Assembly: GCA_964019335.1 (NCBI GenBank)
Contig: OZ025655.1
Coordinates: 434,001-498,000, forward strand
DNA from: Diplonema japonicum
Taxonomy: Eukaryota; Protista; Euglenozoa: Diplonemea
Reading direction: 5' to 3'
Length of the DNA: 64,000 bases
Shown here: in pieces, positions 22,904 to 33,848 of the stretch
How positions within the stretch are numbered: position 1 is the stretch's first letter
Layout of the letters: every line of letters begins with the position of its first letter
Notes under the pieces: model-generated
Told to the model about the DNA's origin: nothing
The model's database searches: none
Seen by the model: the letters and a program-made list of their open reading frames with translations, nothing else
Made by a program: the position numbers and the translations under genes

Positions 22904-25900
22904 CTAGTAGCGTAAGAATCGTTTTCGGTTTGAAGCGGCTTGGCCCCAGAAAGTGGGAGGGGGAGGTGGTGCTGGGGGTTTCTTTGCGACCGGCTTCTTC
23001 TTGTCTGGGTGGGTAATAGCAGCTATCTTATTGATGAGCATTTCGTTTATCTTCTGGTTCAGAGCGGCGGACGTCGTGGCGAGCTGAGAGGCTATGGCGT
23101 TCTCTCGCTCTATGTAATCACGGCGGGTTTCGTTCTCTTCGTCTTCTATCTTGCGTAACATGTCGATGGCAGCACCTGACACACCAACATAGACGCCCAT
23201 GCCCATGCTGTCAAACGTGTCAGTTGTCCGCTTCACAGGGGCCTCTTTACGCTCCAACACAGTTTTCTTCTTCCTGACGGCTACGGTGGATGCTGCACTG
23301 CTTTCACTCGGATCTGACGGGACTGTTCGCTTTCTCTCCGGAACCTTTATCGGTGACAGGATCATCGGATCGATCTCACGGGAGTTCTCTCTATTCCGCT
23401 TCCACATCTCGTACCTGCTGTGGTACGCCGTCTGCCGGGCTGTTTTCTGCGGTAGTTTTACAGCGATCGTGGGTGCGCTTTGCTTCTCACGGTCCGCCTT
23501 TGGAGGCGACGATGCTTTAATAGCCGTGTTTATCATTCTCGCGGATGTCAAGAATTTCAGTGTCATGTTCTTTCGAGCTGTCTCTTCAGCGGTGCCGATC
23601 TCCTTGCGAGACTCTTCCTCCATCCACCCAAGCAACGCTGACATCTGACGTGGTGCAGATAGATACTTCACATTCGACTTCGTGGGGGCGTTCATTCCTA
23701 CCACCTTCGACCATCTCTCAGACTCGTTCCTCTTCTTGAACTCATCCCCATACGACACCACGCGCTTGAAGGCGGGGTATGACGTCTTCCGTGCCCACTC
23801 ACGGTGCGGTACATTCTTCGTTGTGGCGTCTGACGACCTCTGTGTCTTCTTGTCCCACTCGTAGTCGGTGTTCCGCATGGTCCCCACCGTGCTGCTTACT
23901 GCTGTCATCCCGCTCGAGCCACTCTCACGCCCCACGCCCTCCTTCATCCATTCTAAGCCATCGAACTCCTTCAGTGTTTTCCTGATGAACACGGTCACTT
24001 CTTCCTGTTCCATTTCGCGGGTGAAATGCTCTTCTCTGTTCTCGTCATCGTGAGATGACACATCTGAGTCACACATCAAATTCACCGACCGCACGATCTC
24101 CTCGTAGCTGTCGTTGTAGATAGCGGTGCTGTCGATGTGGCTGTGTTCCCGTGTTTCCTCGTCATACGCTTTGTCGGGGTTTAATTCGTGTTTTCTACTA
24201 TCATTCTCGGAGTTGTCCGCAGAGTGTGAGTCACTTCTTTCTTGCTCGCTGAGTGTGAGCTGGCTGTAGCTGTACCCGTGTTCTTGCTTCGACTCCTGGT
24301 CATCGTTGCTCGACAGGTGTTCTGGTGTGCTCTGCAGGATGGTGCGGTTCGCCTCTGTAACGCTGGCAACTTCTACGTCCTTCAAGTCCCAATTTTCAGC
24401 TTCTTCTTTGTATGGCGCAAAGCGTAGCTTTATATCCCCATCTGAATCGGAGTCGGAGTCACTTCCACTTCCACTTCCCGTCCCTTGTGGGAGAGTTGTG
24501 TCATGTGGGTAGCACCGTGACAGGTCGCTGATGTTGTGCCAGCTGTCGTCGCTGGCAGCGTCTGCATACAAGTCGAGCGGGCTGATCACAAAGGCAGAGT
24601 CGGCATTTTCCTGTGATTCCGAAGGTGGCAGTGGAGGTGATCGTGAGGGCCTGTTCTGCACTTTGAAAGTCACCTTTAATCCGTGCCACTCCTCAGATTC
24701 AGACAGCTTGACTTCGCTCCTTGCAGCTGCTTCCATGTTGACGATAATTGTGGTGCCCATTACAGAGTTTATGGACACAACGTACTGCCGGCTCGATTCT
24801 TCTTCGTCGCGTACCGCAGTTCGGAACATGACCTCTGACAAGCTCAAGCTGCTCAACATGTGGATGTCGTTCCGCACAGCGATCTCCATGTCATGCACAC
24901 GGCTGCGCACCTCATTTTCCTGAAGCCTTAAGTTCACGCTCCTTGTTACGGTCCGGGCCTTCATCTCCCTTTCTGCCGCAATTACAAGGGATTCATAGAT
25001 GTGATTCTCATTTCGAAGGATGTCACACCTTCTTCTGGTTTCCTGCCGCCAGCACTCCTGCAGCACCCTGAGGCCGCACATCCCGTTTGTCTGCTCGATC
25101 ATCAACACAGCACGCCCGTGCCCCTCGTGGAATGTCAACGCGCTCCTCCGTTGTTGCTGCTCTAGCGCCTTCCTAAGACTTGACTCGTTCAGTTCAACAC
25201 ACTGCGCTAGCAGCCTACGCCTTCGTGAGTGCTCATGGCGCTGGATGTGTGTAACATCTATCATGTATTCCAGCTCCAGATTGCAACTCGTCAGCAACAT
25301 TGCATAGTTCGTCACTAAGCGGTGCCTCGCCACGTACTCCTCGAGTGCCAGCCTACTTTGTTCCTCTTCTTGCGCCGTCTTCAGCTTTGTGATCCCTGCT
25401 TGCACAGGTAAAAACAACACGCGTGAGGACCACTCGGCCTCCCATAGGGTAGCCCTACTGCCCTGCTCGACAGATACTGCCATCGCCTCTTTCAACGAAC
25501 CTCGCGTCATTTCCTCCTCTTCCACCATTCTACTCCTGAAGGACACTTCATGGTCAGCTAGCAGACCGATGCCAACCTCAACTACCTCCTGAGCAGAATA
25601 CCTTTCGGCAGGCATGTCCTGACCAGCCATGAGAAGCTGCAACCTATGCACTGCTTCCTCATCAGCCAGCTGGCTCGCAAGCACGGCTTTGCTCCTCTTA
25701 GCGTTTGATATTTGCTTCTCAAGCTCGGTTGCATCTGCAATGTGGCACCTGCTGAGACCTTCCGCCCACTCAATCGTTCTCCTTGTGCTGGCCTCGCTAC
25801 TGATGAGGGAGATGCGTGCAGCCTCGTTCACAGAATACTCTCTGCTGCGAGTGGATGACTTCGACAGCTCCCTCACGAGGTCGGGGTACGACGTGCTCCT

Positions 25901-26887
25901 CTCTTCGTAGTACCGCTCCGGCATTCTTGGAGAAGGTGATGCTTTTTCATATTTCCTTCGAGTGACAGCGAGCTCTGACTCCCGAGGAGAAGGTGACCGT
26001 GTAGACGGGACGGAAGGGAACTTGGCAGCGTGCGGTGTCGTATCCCACAGCGACCCAGACAGTCTGAACTCAGCGGAGAAGAGCCGTCTTGCAGTGGGCG
26101 GTGTGCCGAGCCTGCTGGTTCTGATCGATGGGTTGAGGGGCAGCCCGGGGGGCGAGGCAGGTGTCACACCTTTGTCTGCGGTATAATCATGGGAAAAGAC
26201 GGACTCGGTACCTTGTGAGGGGATGGGCCGTTTCGATGTGACAGCAGTGAGCCAGGCTTCGACAGGGTCGGCGGACGGGGAGTTGGAAGTACGGTCAGTC
26301 TGCACGGACTCATGAATGACCGGCCGTGGCGGCAGCTTGGAAGGGACAGAGGAGTTCGGCGATGTGGAGGGGCGGGACTCCTCTTCGCATACGATCTCCT
26401 GGGGGGGTCTAGAGAGCTGGACAGGGCGGACAGCACGCTCACGTTGCTTTACTGGAGAAAGAAGTTCCTGCATGACAGGGTGGTCGCTGAGAATGTCGTG
26501 CGAGCCACAAGCACTGAGCGACAGGATGCTGCTGTTCCTCCGGACGTGGCCGCGTGAGTTAGACAAAGGGGACGGGTTGTCGTCAGTGGTGGAGGTCTCC
26601 TGCGTTCTCGAAATAAAAACACTCCGCTCCGTGAGAAGCGTGGATTCATAGCTTCGTAACGTAGATGATGACTCAGGCCGCCGCACTGGGGACTTCTTAG
26701 GACCTACTGCATACAATGGCTTCCCACCCAACCTCTGTATTTTTGACTCGCTTCTATGTAATCCTTGCACAGGAGACTTCCTTCCTCTTGCTGGTGACTC
26801 GGCCACCTTCTGCCTCCTCGCCACTAGCCTTCTTGACACTAACGGCGATTCAAGTGCAGCGTCAATCTCTTTCTGCCTATTAGACAT
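22904..26887 (-). CDS. Large hypothetical protein (1327 aa); S/P-rich N-terminus, central coiled coil with 'EExxxRxxI' repeats
   Basis: Long uninterrupted ORF with coding-type composition. No family recognised. Confidence 0.8.
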   Translation of the reverse strand: MSNRQKEIDAALESPLVSRRLVARRQKVAESPARGRKSPVQGLHRSESKIQRLGGKPLYAVGPKKSPVRRPESSSTLRSYESTLLTERSVFISRTQETSTTDDNPSPLSNSRGHVRRNSSILSLSACGSHDILSDHPVMQELLSPVKQRERAVRPVQLSRPPQEIVCEEESRPSTSPNSSVPSKLPPRPVIHESVQTDRTSNSPSADPVEAWLTAVTSKRPIPSQGTESVFSHDYTADKGVTPASPPGLPLNPSIRTSRLGTPPTARRLFSAEFRLSGSLWDTTPHAAKFPSVPSTRSPSPRESELAVTRRKYEKASPSPRMPERYYEERSTSYPDLVRELSKSSTRSREYSVNEAARISLISSEASTRRTIEWAEGLSRCHIADATELEKQISNAKRSKAVLASQLADEEAVHRLQLLMAGQDMPAERYSAQEVVEVGIGLLADHEVSFRSRMVEEEEMTRGSLKEAMAVSVEQGSRATLWEAEWSSRVLFLPVQAGITKLKTAQEEEQSRLALEEYVARHRLVTNYAMLLTSCNLELEYMIDVTHIQRHEHSRRRRLLAQCVELNESSLRKALEQQQRRSALTFHEGHGRAVLMIEQTNGMCGLRVLQECWRQETRRRCDILRNENHIYESLVIAAEREMKARTVTRSVNLRLQENEVRSRVHDMEIAVRNDIHMLSSLSLSEVMFRTAVRDEEESSRQYVVSINSVMGTTIIVNMEAAARSEVKLSESEEWHGLKVTFKVQNRPSRSPPLPPSESQENADSAFVISPLDLYADAASDDSWHNISDLSRCYPHDTTLPQGTGSGSGSDSDSDSDGDIKLRFAPYKEEAENWDLKDVEVASVTEANRTILQSTPEHLSSNDDQESKQEHGYSYSQLTLSEQERSDSHSADNSENDSRKHELNPDKAYDEETREHSHIDSTAIYNDSYEEIVRSVNLMCDSDVSSHDDENREEHFTREMEQEEVTVFIRKTLKEFDGLEWMKEGVGRESGSSGMTAVSSTVGTMRNTDYEWDKKTQRSSDATTKNVPHREWARKTSYPAFKRVVSYGDEFKKRNESERWSKVVGMNAPTKSNVKYLSAPRQMSALLGWMEEESRKEIGTAEETARKNMTLKFLTSARMINTAIKASSPPKADREKQSAPTIAVKLPQKTARQTAYHSRYEMWKRNRENSREIDPMILSPIKVPERKRTVPSDPSESSAASTVAVRKKKTVLERKEAPVKRTTDTFDSMGMGVYVGVSGAAIDMLRKIEDEENETRRDYIERENAIASQLATTSAALNQKINEMLINKIAAITHPDKKKPVAKKPPAPPPPPTFWGQAASNRKRFLRY

Positions 26888-27252
26888 TTATTTTCGCTTT
26901 TATAATGATCACCGTGGTGTAATCATTCCTGTTCACAGTTTCTTTTTGTTTTGTTTTTTTTACCAACGGTAAGGGGAAAAGGAAATAAAAACAATAAAAA
27001 ATGTTGATTTTGACATATGATTTGGCAGGCCGTTAAAAGGTGTCCTGAAAATGAAGGGGATCGGGGTAATAAAAAATGATTGGAATGGAGGAAAACACAG
27101 AAGAAAAATAAAAAAAAGGGGGAAGGGCAGCAGAGGAGAAAAGATGTGAAATTGGGGAGGAACACACACCCCTATTTTTATTTCGTGTGGAACAAAATGT
27201 GGAGAAAATCAAAAAGAATGAAAAAAAAAAAGCACCCCCCCACCAATTTCTT

Positions 27253-30200
27253 TTATGTTTTTTGACGTTTGGCCATGTTTTTGAATTCTGCAAGCCTGGC
27301 GTTCTTTTTCTTCAACTCCTGTAGGTGTTGTGTGTAATTTACATTTTTTTTCAAAAAAAAAAAAAAAAAAAACACACACCTTGACACGAATAGCTGCCTT
27401 GTCGTCTTTCTTTGCCTTTTCTTTCAAGTACATTTTTTTCTGTTTTTTTTTTTTTTTTTTTTTCCCCCAAACCTTTTTTTCAGCGTTCTCCTTGTCAGAG
27501 CGTTTTTTGACATTGTCAACGAGTGTCAGTCTCTCGAGCAGGTCACGTCTCTTCTGTTCCTCAGGCGAGAGCACGAAACCGGTTTCCTGTGCAATGGCGG
27601 CATCCTGCCTTGACACCCCGTCCTTCTCGATGAATCGGAGATGTTTTTTATCGAAGGGAAGATTACCCTCTGTTTTTGCAGAGACCTTCAGAGTCGTATT
27701 AAACTGCTTCGTTCTCTTCACTTCACGGTATTGAGAGTCGCGGGAGTAAGGGACAGCAACATTGTTATCCCGTCTAAGCTCGGTCATGGATCTCATGGGT
27801 TGCCACTCTTGCAGGAGGAGGTTGGTGACGGGGTTGTAGTACTTGTTGGGTTCCATGGCTTTCCAGGTTTTGAGGAAAACGATGTCGGATCTTTGGATTT
27901 TGTCTTCGAAGGTTGCCCTGAAGACACCGCCCTTCCCTGTCACGGACTTCTTCACGGTACCCCTCAGACCAGCGACCGTTTGCAGCTTCGCGCCTTCAAA
28001 CTTCGCCACCTCTAACGCCGAGCTGAACATGTTCTTCACAAACGCTGTGTTCTTGTAAACCTTCGCAGGCACGCCTGTCAGCTTCAACTTCTTCACGATC
28101 CTGCTGCTATGGTCCACCTCCATCACGTACCCCGTCGCGGAGCATCGGAAGATGGTTGCATCCTGCTTCATAGCAGAGTTGGTGAATGCGATAACACCAG
28201 TGTTCGGTGGTGTGACTGGGCCGTAGAATGCCGCCACGCAATGCATGTGCAGCGGTGTGTACTTCAAGAACCTGTTCCGCCCGTTCGGGTCCTCGATGGC
28301 GAAAAGTGGTTGTGTTTGGAACCTTCTCCACCCGACAGACAGGACCAACGGGTCCCCTGCCTTGAGGATCTTAGGGAACCAACGATGCTTCTTGATCCTG
28401 GCGTAGACAACACCCAGACGGTCCTCCGATGCTAGGAGGCCACCCACCAGTACAGGGAGGTTTGGGTTGAAGTTTGTGACGAACTCTGCAGGGACGCCCT
28501 CGATGACAAGCCGGACGTACAGCCCTGCGTAGAATCCCACAAGCTTCACCTTCTCGTCGATGTTCCCGCTGGACGCCTCGTCAATCAGTGATTTTGTTTT
28601 CTCCCGCTTCTCTTCCATGTCCTTCTTCATCACGTCCAAAAAGTCTCTCACCTCGTTGCCTTCTTCGTCGTACCTAGCGTCGAATGCCTTCTTCTTCGCA
28701 AGCTTCTTTTTCATGTATTCTTCCTTCTCCTTCGCTACCTGGTCAAGCTCTGTTTCTGGTTCCGCTTCCGCCTCAGGCTCGGGTTGTGCGTCTCCACGCA
28801 GCGACGCAGGGACCAGTGATCGGACGGATTCTTGCAGGGCTTCGAGCTTGGAGAGCTTTTTCTTAGGTGCCGCGTTTTCCTCGGCAGCTTCACCTTCCTT
28901 CGCGTCTTCCTCCATGTCCTCGTCTTCATCTTCGTCTTCTTCTTCATGTTCTTCATCTTCTTCGTCATCGTCCATGTCCATCGCCATCTCCTGGTCCTCG
29001 TCGTCATCAACGAGTTCGAAGCCCTTCTCCCCGTAGTTGTTCGCAGGCGCTTCTTTCGTTACCCCCGACGACTCTTCTTGCGACCAAGTCCCCGTTACGA
29101 ACAGGTCCCTGATGCCCTCGCGCACCGTCTCCACTTCCCATTCCTCCTCCACCACGCCCCTCACGTCCCTTGTCATGTCGAGGTTCAGATTGTCCTGCAT
29201 GGCCCCGCCCTGAACCTTGAAAAGCAGGTCGTCGTCCTCATCCTCCAAAGAAAGCCCCTTCAGGTCATCTTTTGACAAGCTGTGCCTCACCTCGCTGGCA
29301 CGCGACGAAGGCAGCACGATGTTCATGTCGTCATCATCGTCATCGTCATCCTCATCTTCGTCGTCGTCCTGCTCGACTGGCGCGTCAGCGAAGTGTACCC
29401 TCCTCCTTGTCCTGCCGTTCTCGTCTTTCACAGGCACTGAGGTGTATTTAGGTTCTTCTTCATGTTCCATGTCGTCGTCGTCGTCATCATCATCATCATC
29501 ATCGTCATCCCCCCCACCTATGGCCGCACCGCCGTCGAAGAGGCTGAGCTTGCCCTTCTTGAGGCTCTCATCCACGGTTTTGTGTCTGTTTGACGAAAGC
29601 ATCTCGTTCATGATACGGGTCCCCTCGCCCTCAGCCACGTTGCCCTCCACGTCGTTGTCGACCTTCACGTACACTGCGTCAGCGTCGTAGATCAGGCCGC
29701 CCACGTCGGCCATCGGGGCGTACAGGCGCTTGTCCTTCTCGGAGAGATGCCTTGTCTTCTTCTTGTTACCCTTTTGCGGCAGCTGGCACGGGTCTTCAAG
29801 ACGGTTGGCAGCCGAGATGGTATAGTCACCGACACCGGGGATGTGCACCCGTTGGTTGCCCTTGAGGGGGCAGCCTCGCACGTAGCCGTACAGTGCCACC
29901 TTCCTGTCGCACAGCGGTTGCGACTGCACGAGTGCCGGGTCGGTGACGTCCTCCATCCTGTCGGCGAGGACGCAGCTGTGGGTGGTGCGCCAGTTCTGCG
30001 GGGTCAGCTTTGTGGCGGCGATGAAACGGTTGAGGTTCACCACTTCTTTCGAAGGGTACAGGTTACGCTCCACACCGCTGAGGTAGAACAGCTTCGCACC
30101 AGCACAGATTTCTTGCCAGAAACGGTGGCGGAGCGCCTTTTTAGTCTTTTTGAGCTGCTTGTTGTCCTTGAGCTTGTCGAGGTGAGTCAGGACACCAATG

Positions 30201-30859
30201 AGCTTAGGGAACCCGTGTGACTGTGTGCGTGGATATGGTGCGCAGTGCATACCTTGGAGATGTTGAGGAACTCGAAGGTCTCCATCTCGAAGCCGAAGCT
30301 GGCATCGACAACGAGAAGGACGAGGTCAGCGACCCTTGCCACGTCGCACATGGCGTTGATGTCGTTGGGACACTCGAAGAAGGTGATCCTTCGCTGCTTG
30401 CCTGCAATGCACGTGATGGGGCCCTTCACATTGGTCAGGTTTTGCTTTGTGAAGTATTTCACGAGAGACCGGATCAGAGTGGTCTTCCCGCTGCCCGGAG
30501 GCCCCACCACAGCCACCGTCTCAGGCGGTTCGTTCATTTCGTCAGCAAACGTCCGGTCTACACGCGGCATGTGAGCGTTGTGCTGGCCGCGGTCAAGCTG
30601 CTTTCTTGCCGCATTGGTCCTGTTTTTTTGTTTTTGTTTTTGTTTTGTTATGTTTCTTTTTTTTTTCTTCTTCTTATAAGGCATACGTCCCCGGCCTCCC
30701 TGTGGCGAACGCCTTCGGGTTCAACTTCTCCGGCTCTGTGGGCAGCCCTCGCTTTTTTTTATCCTCCACCTTTTTCTTCTCAAACGACTTACCCTTCCTT
30801 GGAGCCCTGTACGCCTTGTGCTGGTGCTCCGTCATGTCTAGCTTGCCCTCGATCGGCAT
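27253..30859 (-). CDS. BMS1: Ribosome biogenesis GTPase BMS1; 4 introns
   Basis: VAVVGPPGSGKTTLIRSL, RRITFFECPND, DASFGFEMETFEFLN, HGFPKLIGVLTHLD, IKKHRWFPKILK, SVGWRRFQT, RFLKYTPLHMHC. Introns at ~30620-30686, 30221-30252, 27440-27472 and ~27319-27379. Spliced C-terminus ELKKKNARLAEFKNMAKRQKT*. Confidence 0.96.
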
Positions 30860-31010
30860 TTTGACTCTTTTTTTTTTTTTTCTTAATGTACAAGTGTACC
30901 GTGTCCGAAGCCCTCCCGCTTCCCCCACGCCCCTTCTGCGAAATTTATGAGCAAGGAGAAAAAAAAAAAAAAAAGATGGAAAAAAAAAAAAAAGAAAAAA
31001 AAAAAATTCC

Positions 31011-31676
31011 TCACGGAGGGGTGGAAACCCCTTCTCGGGGCACGTTCTGAACCTTATTCAGCAACGCATCGTACTCGATGTTCAAGCGGTAAAGCTCGGA
31101 TAGGTAATGAGGCGGGAAGGACCGTGAGAGCGCAGCCTTCTTTTCGAGGTTTGCAGTAGAGAGGATGGTCTTGAAGAGCTTAGATAGAAGGGGAGAGGGG
31201 TCCGGGGGGGCACTGTTGGTGTAGTAAGAAGCAGTTGACTGGAGAGATGACTCGGCCTGTTTTAGAGAGGTGAGCGCGGCGGTGTGCAGAGCACGGGTTT
31301 CAACAAGTAGTTTTTTCGCTTTTGCAACCTGTTCATTGGTATTCTGACAGGATGCGGGTTCCAGTGGTGTCTTCTCAAGGGCCTCCAAAATATGAACGCT
31401 GCGCTCGCATCTTTTTATAATCGTCAGTTTCTTTTCCCATGTTTCTTTCACTTTGCCCCATTCCTGTCCTGCCTCCTCTAAGGCCGACCGCTCTTTGCGG
31501 TGTTCTCGTTGAGCACGTAGGACCTTCCCCCTTAACTCAACAACCTCCTTCGCGATTGCGTCCAGTTCACCCTCTTCAGACCTTTTCTTTAAAGCCGCGA
31601 TCTGTTTTTCTTGCAATCGTATTATTTCGTTTTGTTCTGAGACTTCATCATGTATATTTCTTGTGATTTTGCCCAT
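31011..31676 (-). CDS. Hypothetical coiled-coil protein (~221 aa)
   Basis: ATG at 31676 (MGKITRNI...). The upstream part of the listed ORF is translated homopolymer. Confidence 0.7.
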   Translation of the reverse strand: MGKITRNIHDEVSEQNEIIRLQEKQIAALKKRSEEGELDAIAKEVVELRGKVLRAQREHRKERSALEEAGQEWGKVKETWEKKLTIIKRCERSVHILEALEKTPLEPASCQNTNEQVAKAKKLLVETRALHTAALTSLKQAESSLQSTASYYTNSAPPDPSPLLSKLFKTILSTANLEKKAALSRSFPPHYLSELYRLNIEYDALLNKVQNVPREGVSTPP

Positions 31677-32682
31677 TCCTTTCCTTTTCCTCTCCCCCCC
31701 TTTTTTTTCTGCTTGAAAAAAAAAAAAAAAAAAAAAAAACTGGAATATAAAAAAAGAGCAGTGAGACGGTGCTTTTTCTTTGTTGTTTTGTACTTTCTTC
31801 TTTTTTTTTTTTTGCAATCGCCTCGAATAATGGATTATCTGAGAAAAAAGGGCAGGGGGGACCCGGAATGGGGAACAAGAATTTTCTTCAACCCGTAATC
31901 TTTGGGGTAGATATGGAGGAAAAAAAAAAGGTATTTCTTTTATTTTCTTTCTTCTTCTTACTTTCTTCTTCTTTTTGGATAATTCCATCTGTGTTGTGTT
32001 TTTACAGGGTTTCTCTTTTTTTTTGTTTTTTTTTTTTTAATTTTCCCTGCCATCCTTTGTCCTTTTTTTCTAGCGTTTGTTGTTTTTTGTTCGTTGTGCG
32101 CACAAGCACTGGTTTTTTTTTTGTTTTTTTTTTTTTTTTTGTTTCTTTTTTAGTACTGTTAAAATGATTTGAAAAAGTACATACTTTGAACACTGAATAA
32201 AGTAAACCACCAATATCGGGTTGTAGTAAGAAAAAAAAAGAAAAAAAAAAAAAAGAAAAAAAAAAAAAAAAAAAAAAACTAATCCTAAAAATAAAGAGAA
32301 CACCGTCTTTGCACTTAATAAGGAACGAAGAAAATGTTCCAAACGGATAAATAATGGAACTTTTTTCGATTTCGAAAAACCATTGTTTCCAAAAGAAAAG
32401 AAAAAAAAGATTTTCCTTTTTTTATTTTAATTTTATCCTGGTTCTGTAGGCACCTGGTCACCCCAAAAGAAAACCGTTTCCGTTTCCTATTAAGTACGCG
32501 TTTGGTATACGGAGTTATTATTTGTTTTATGCATAACAGGTACAAACCTTTTCTGCCTGAAAAAAAAAAGAGAAATTGAACTCAGTCTTGGTATTTTCGG
32601 TCAAAAAATAGTAGTTCTTACAGTTTTAATAACTGCAATTTTACGACGTGAATATGCGTGTGTGTTGGGGGGGGGGGGGGGG

Positions 32683-32922
32683 CTATGCTGGCATGGAAAC
32701 GCGTTTGCATTTTTGAAAAAGGGGGAAACGGAAACGGAAACGTTTCCACGTTTCCTGCCAGCATAGGGGGGGGGGGGGGGGGGGAGCGGCTATGATAGCA
32801 AAAAAAGAAAACGCGTTCCCAAGCTTTTTTTTTTTTTTTTTTTTTTTGGAAATATGGAAACGGAAACGTTTCCTTTATTTTTTGGGGCTTGTTTTCCTTA
32901 AAAAACGGGAATACGCGTTTTC

Positions 32923-32957
<35 letters not shown>

Positions 32958-33040
32958 AAAAATAGCAGAAAAAATAAAGGAAACGGCAAACGGAAACCGG
33001 TTTCCCGCTTTTTTTTTTTTTTTTTTTCCTGCCAACATTG
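32683..33040. repeat. Two tandem foldback units with CTATGCTGGCAGGAAACG-type inverted ends and internal GGAAAC/GTTTCC arrays
   Basis: CTATGCTGGCATGGAAACG (32683-32701) versus CGTTTCCTGCCAGCATAG (32749-32766). Degenerate second unit 32790-33040. Many GGAAAC(G)GTTTCC palindromes. Confidence 0.65.
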
Positions 33041-33090
33041 CCAGGGGACATGACACATGTTTAAAAAAAAAAAAAAAAAAAAAAAAAGAG

Positions 33091-33158
33091 GAACTGGCCG
33101 TTGTTTGTACGTGCCGGGTAAAACCTGGAGAAGTTTGTCAACCCGAAACACGTTGCCA
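33091..33158. repeat. 68-bp hairpin module, copy 1 (other copies 42538-42605 and diverged 42681-42754)
   Basis: GAACTGGCCGTTGTTTGTACGTGCCGGGTAAAAC(C/T)TGGAGAAGTTTGTCAACCCGAAACACGTTGCCA, 67/68 identical to copy 2. Confidence 0.9.
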
Positions 33159-33594
33159 ACGTTCCCCTTTTGTTTAGACAAGTCAAAGACTCGTTCTTGC
33201 AAAAAAAAAAAAAAAAAAAAAAAAAAACAGAGAAAAAAGGCGATGTTTAAGGGCAAATCCCACTCGAGGACCACCCTAAAAAAAAATCGGAGCTCCCCTC
33301 CCTCTACCATCCCTCAGCATCCAAGAACAAAAAAAAGGGGATGGGGAGTAGGGGAAAGAGTGTAAGTAGTATATATATTAAAAAAAAAAAAAAAAAAGAA
33401 ACTACCCTAGAAGCCCTTGTATGTTTTTAGTGTGTCTGTCTTCTTCTTCTTCTTCTTTTTTTTTTTTTTTAATATATATCTTCGTTCTCATTCCTTTAAT
33501 TAAAGTAAGTAAATAAACATAACCTATCCGAACAATTTAAAAAGGGGGGGGGGGGCAGGGGGAGAAGGGCTAGGAGAAAGATATCAAGTCAAGG

Positions 33595-33630
<36 letters not shown>

Positions 33631-33808
33631 CCACACAAACTATGACATAGAAGAAGAGGAAGTCAGCGACAGCGTGGTAAAACTCGCGAAATTTGACTTT
33701 GCATGCGACGTAAAAAAGGCGGCTGGCTGGGTGGAAGACAACGCCCTGTGAGAATAATGGTGGTGCAGATCCTGCTCAGACTCAATTATCGGCGGCTGTA
33801 TAAATTCT

Positions 33809-33842
<34 letters not shown>

Positions 33843-33848
<6 letters not shown>

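Noticed and set aside
33120-33165. Hammerhead ribozyme (CTGGAGA...GAAAC)
   Set aside because: Core deviates from CUGANGA, and the putative stem III is not conserved in the second copy.
31769-33365. Poly-Lys/poly-Phe ORFs here and at 40667-44961 and 58997-59306
   Set aside because: Translations of A/T homopolymer tracts.
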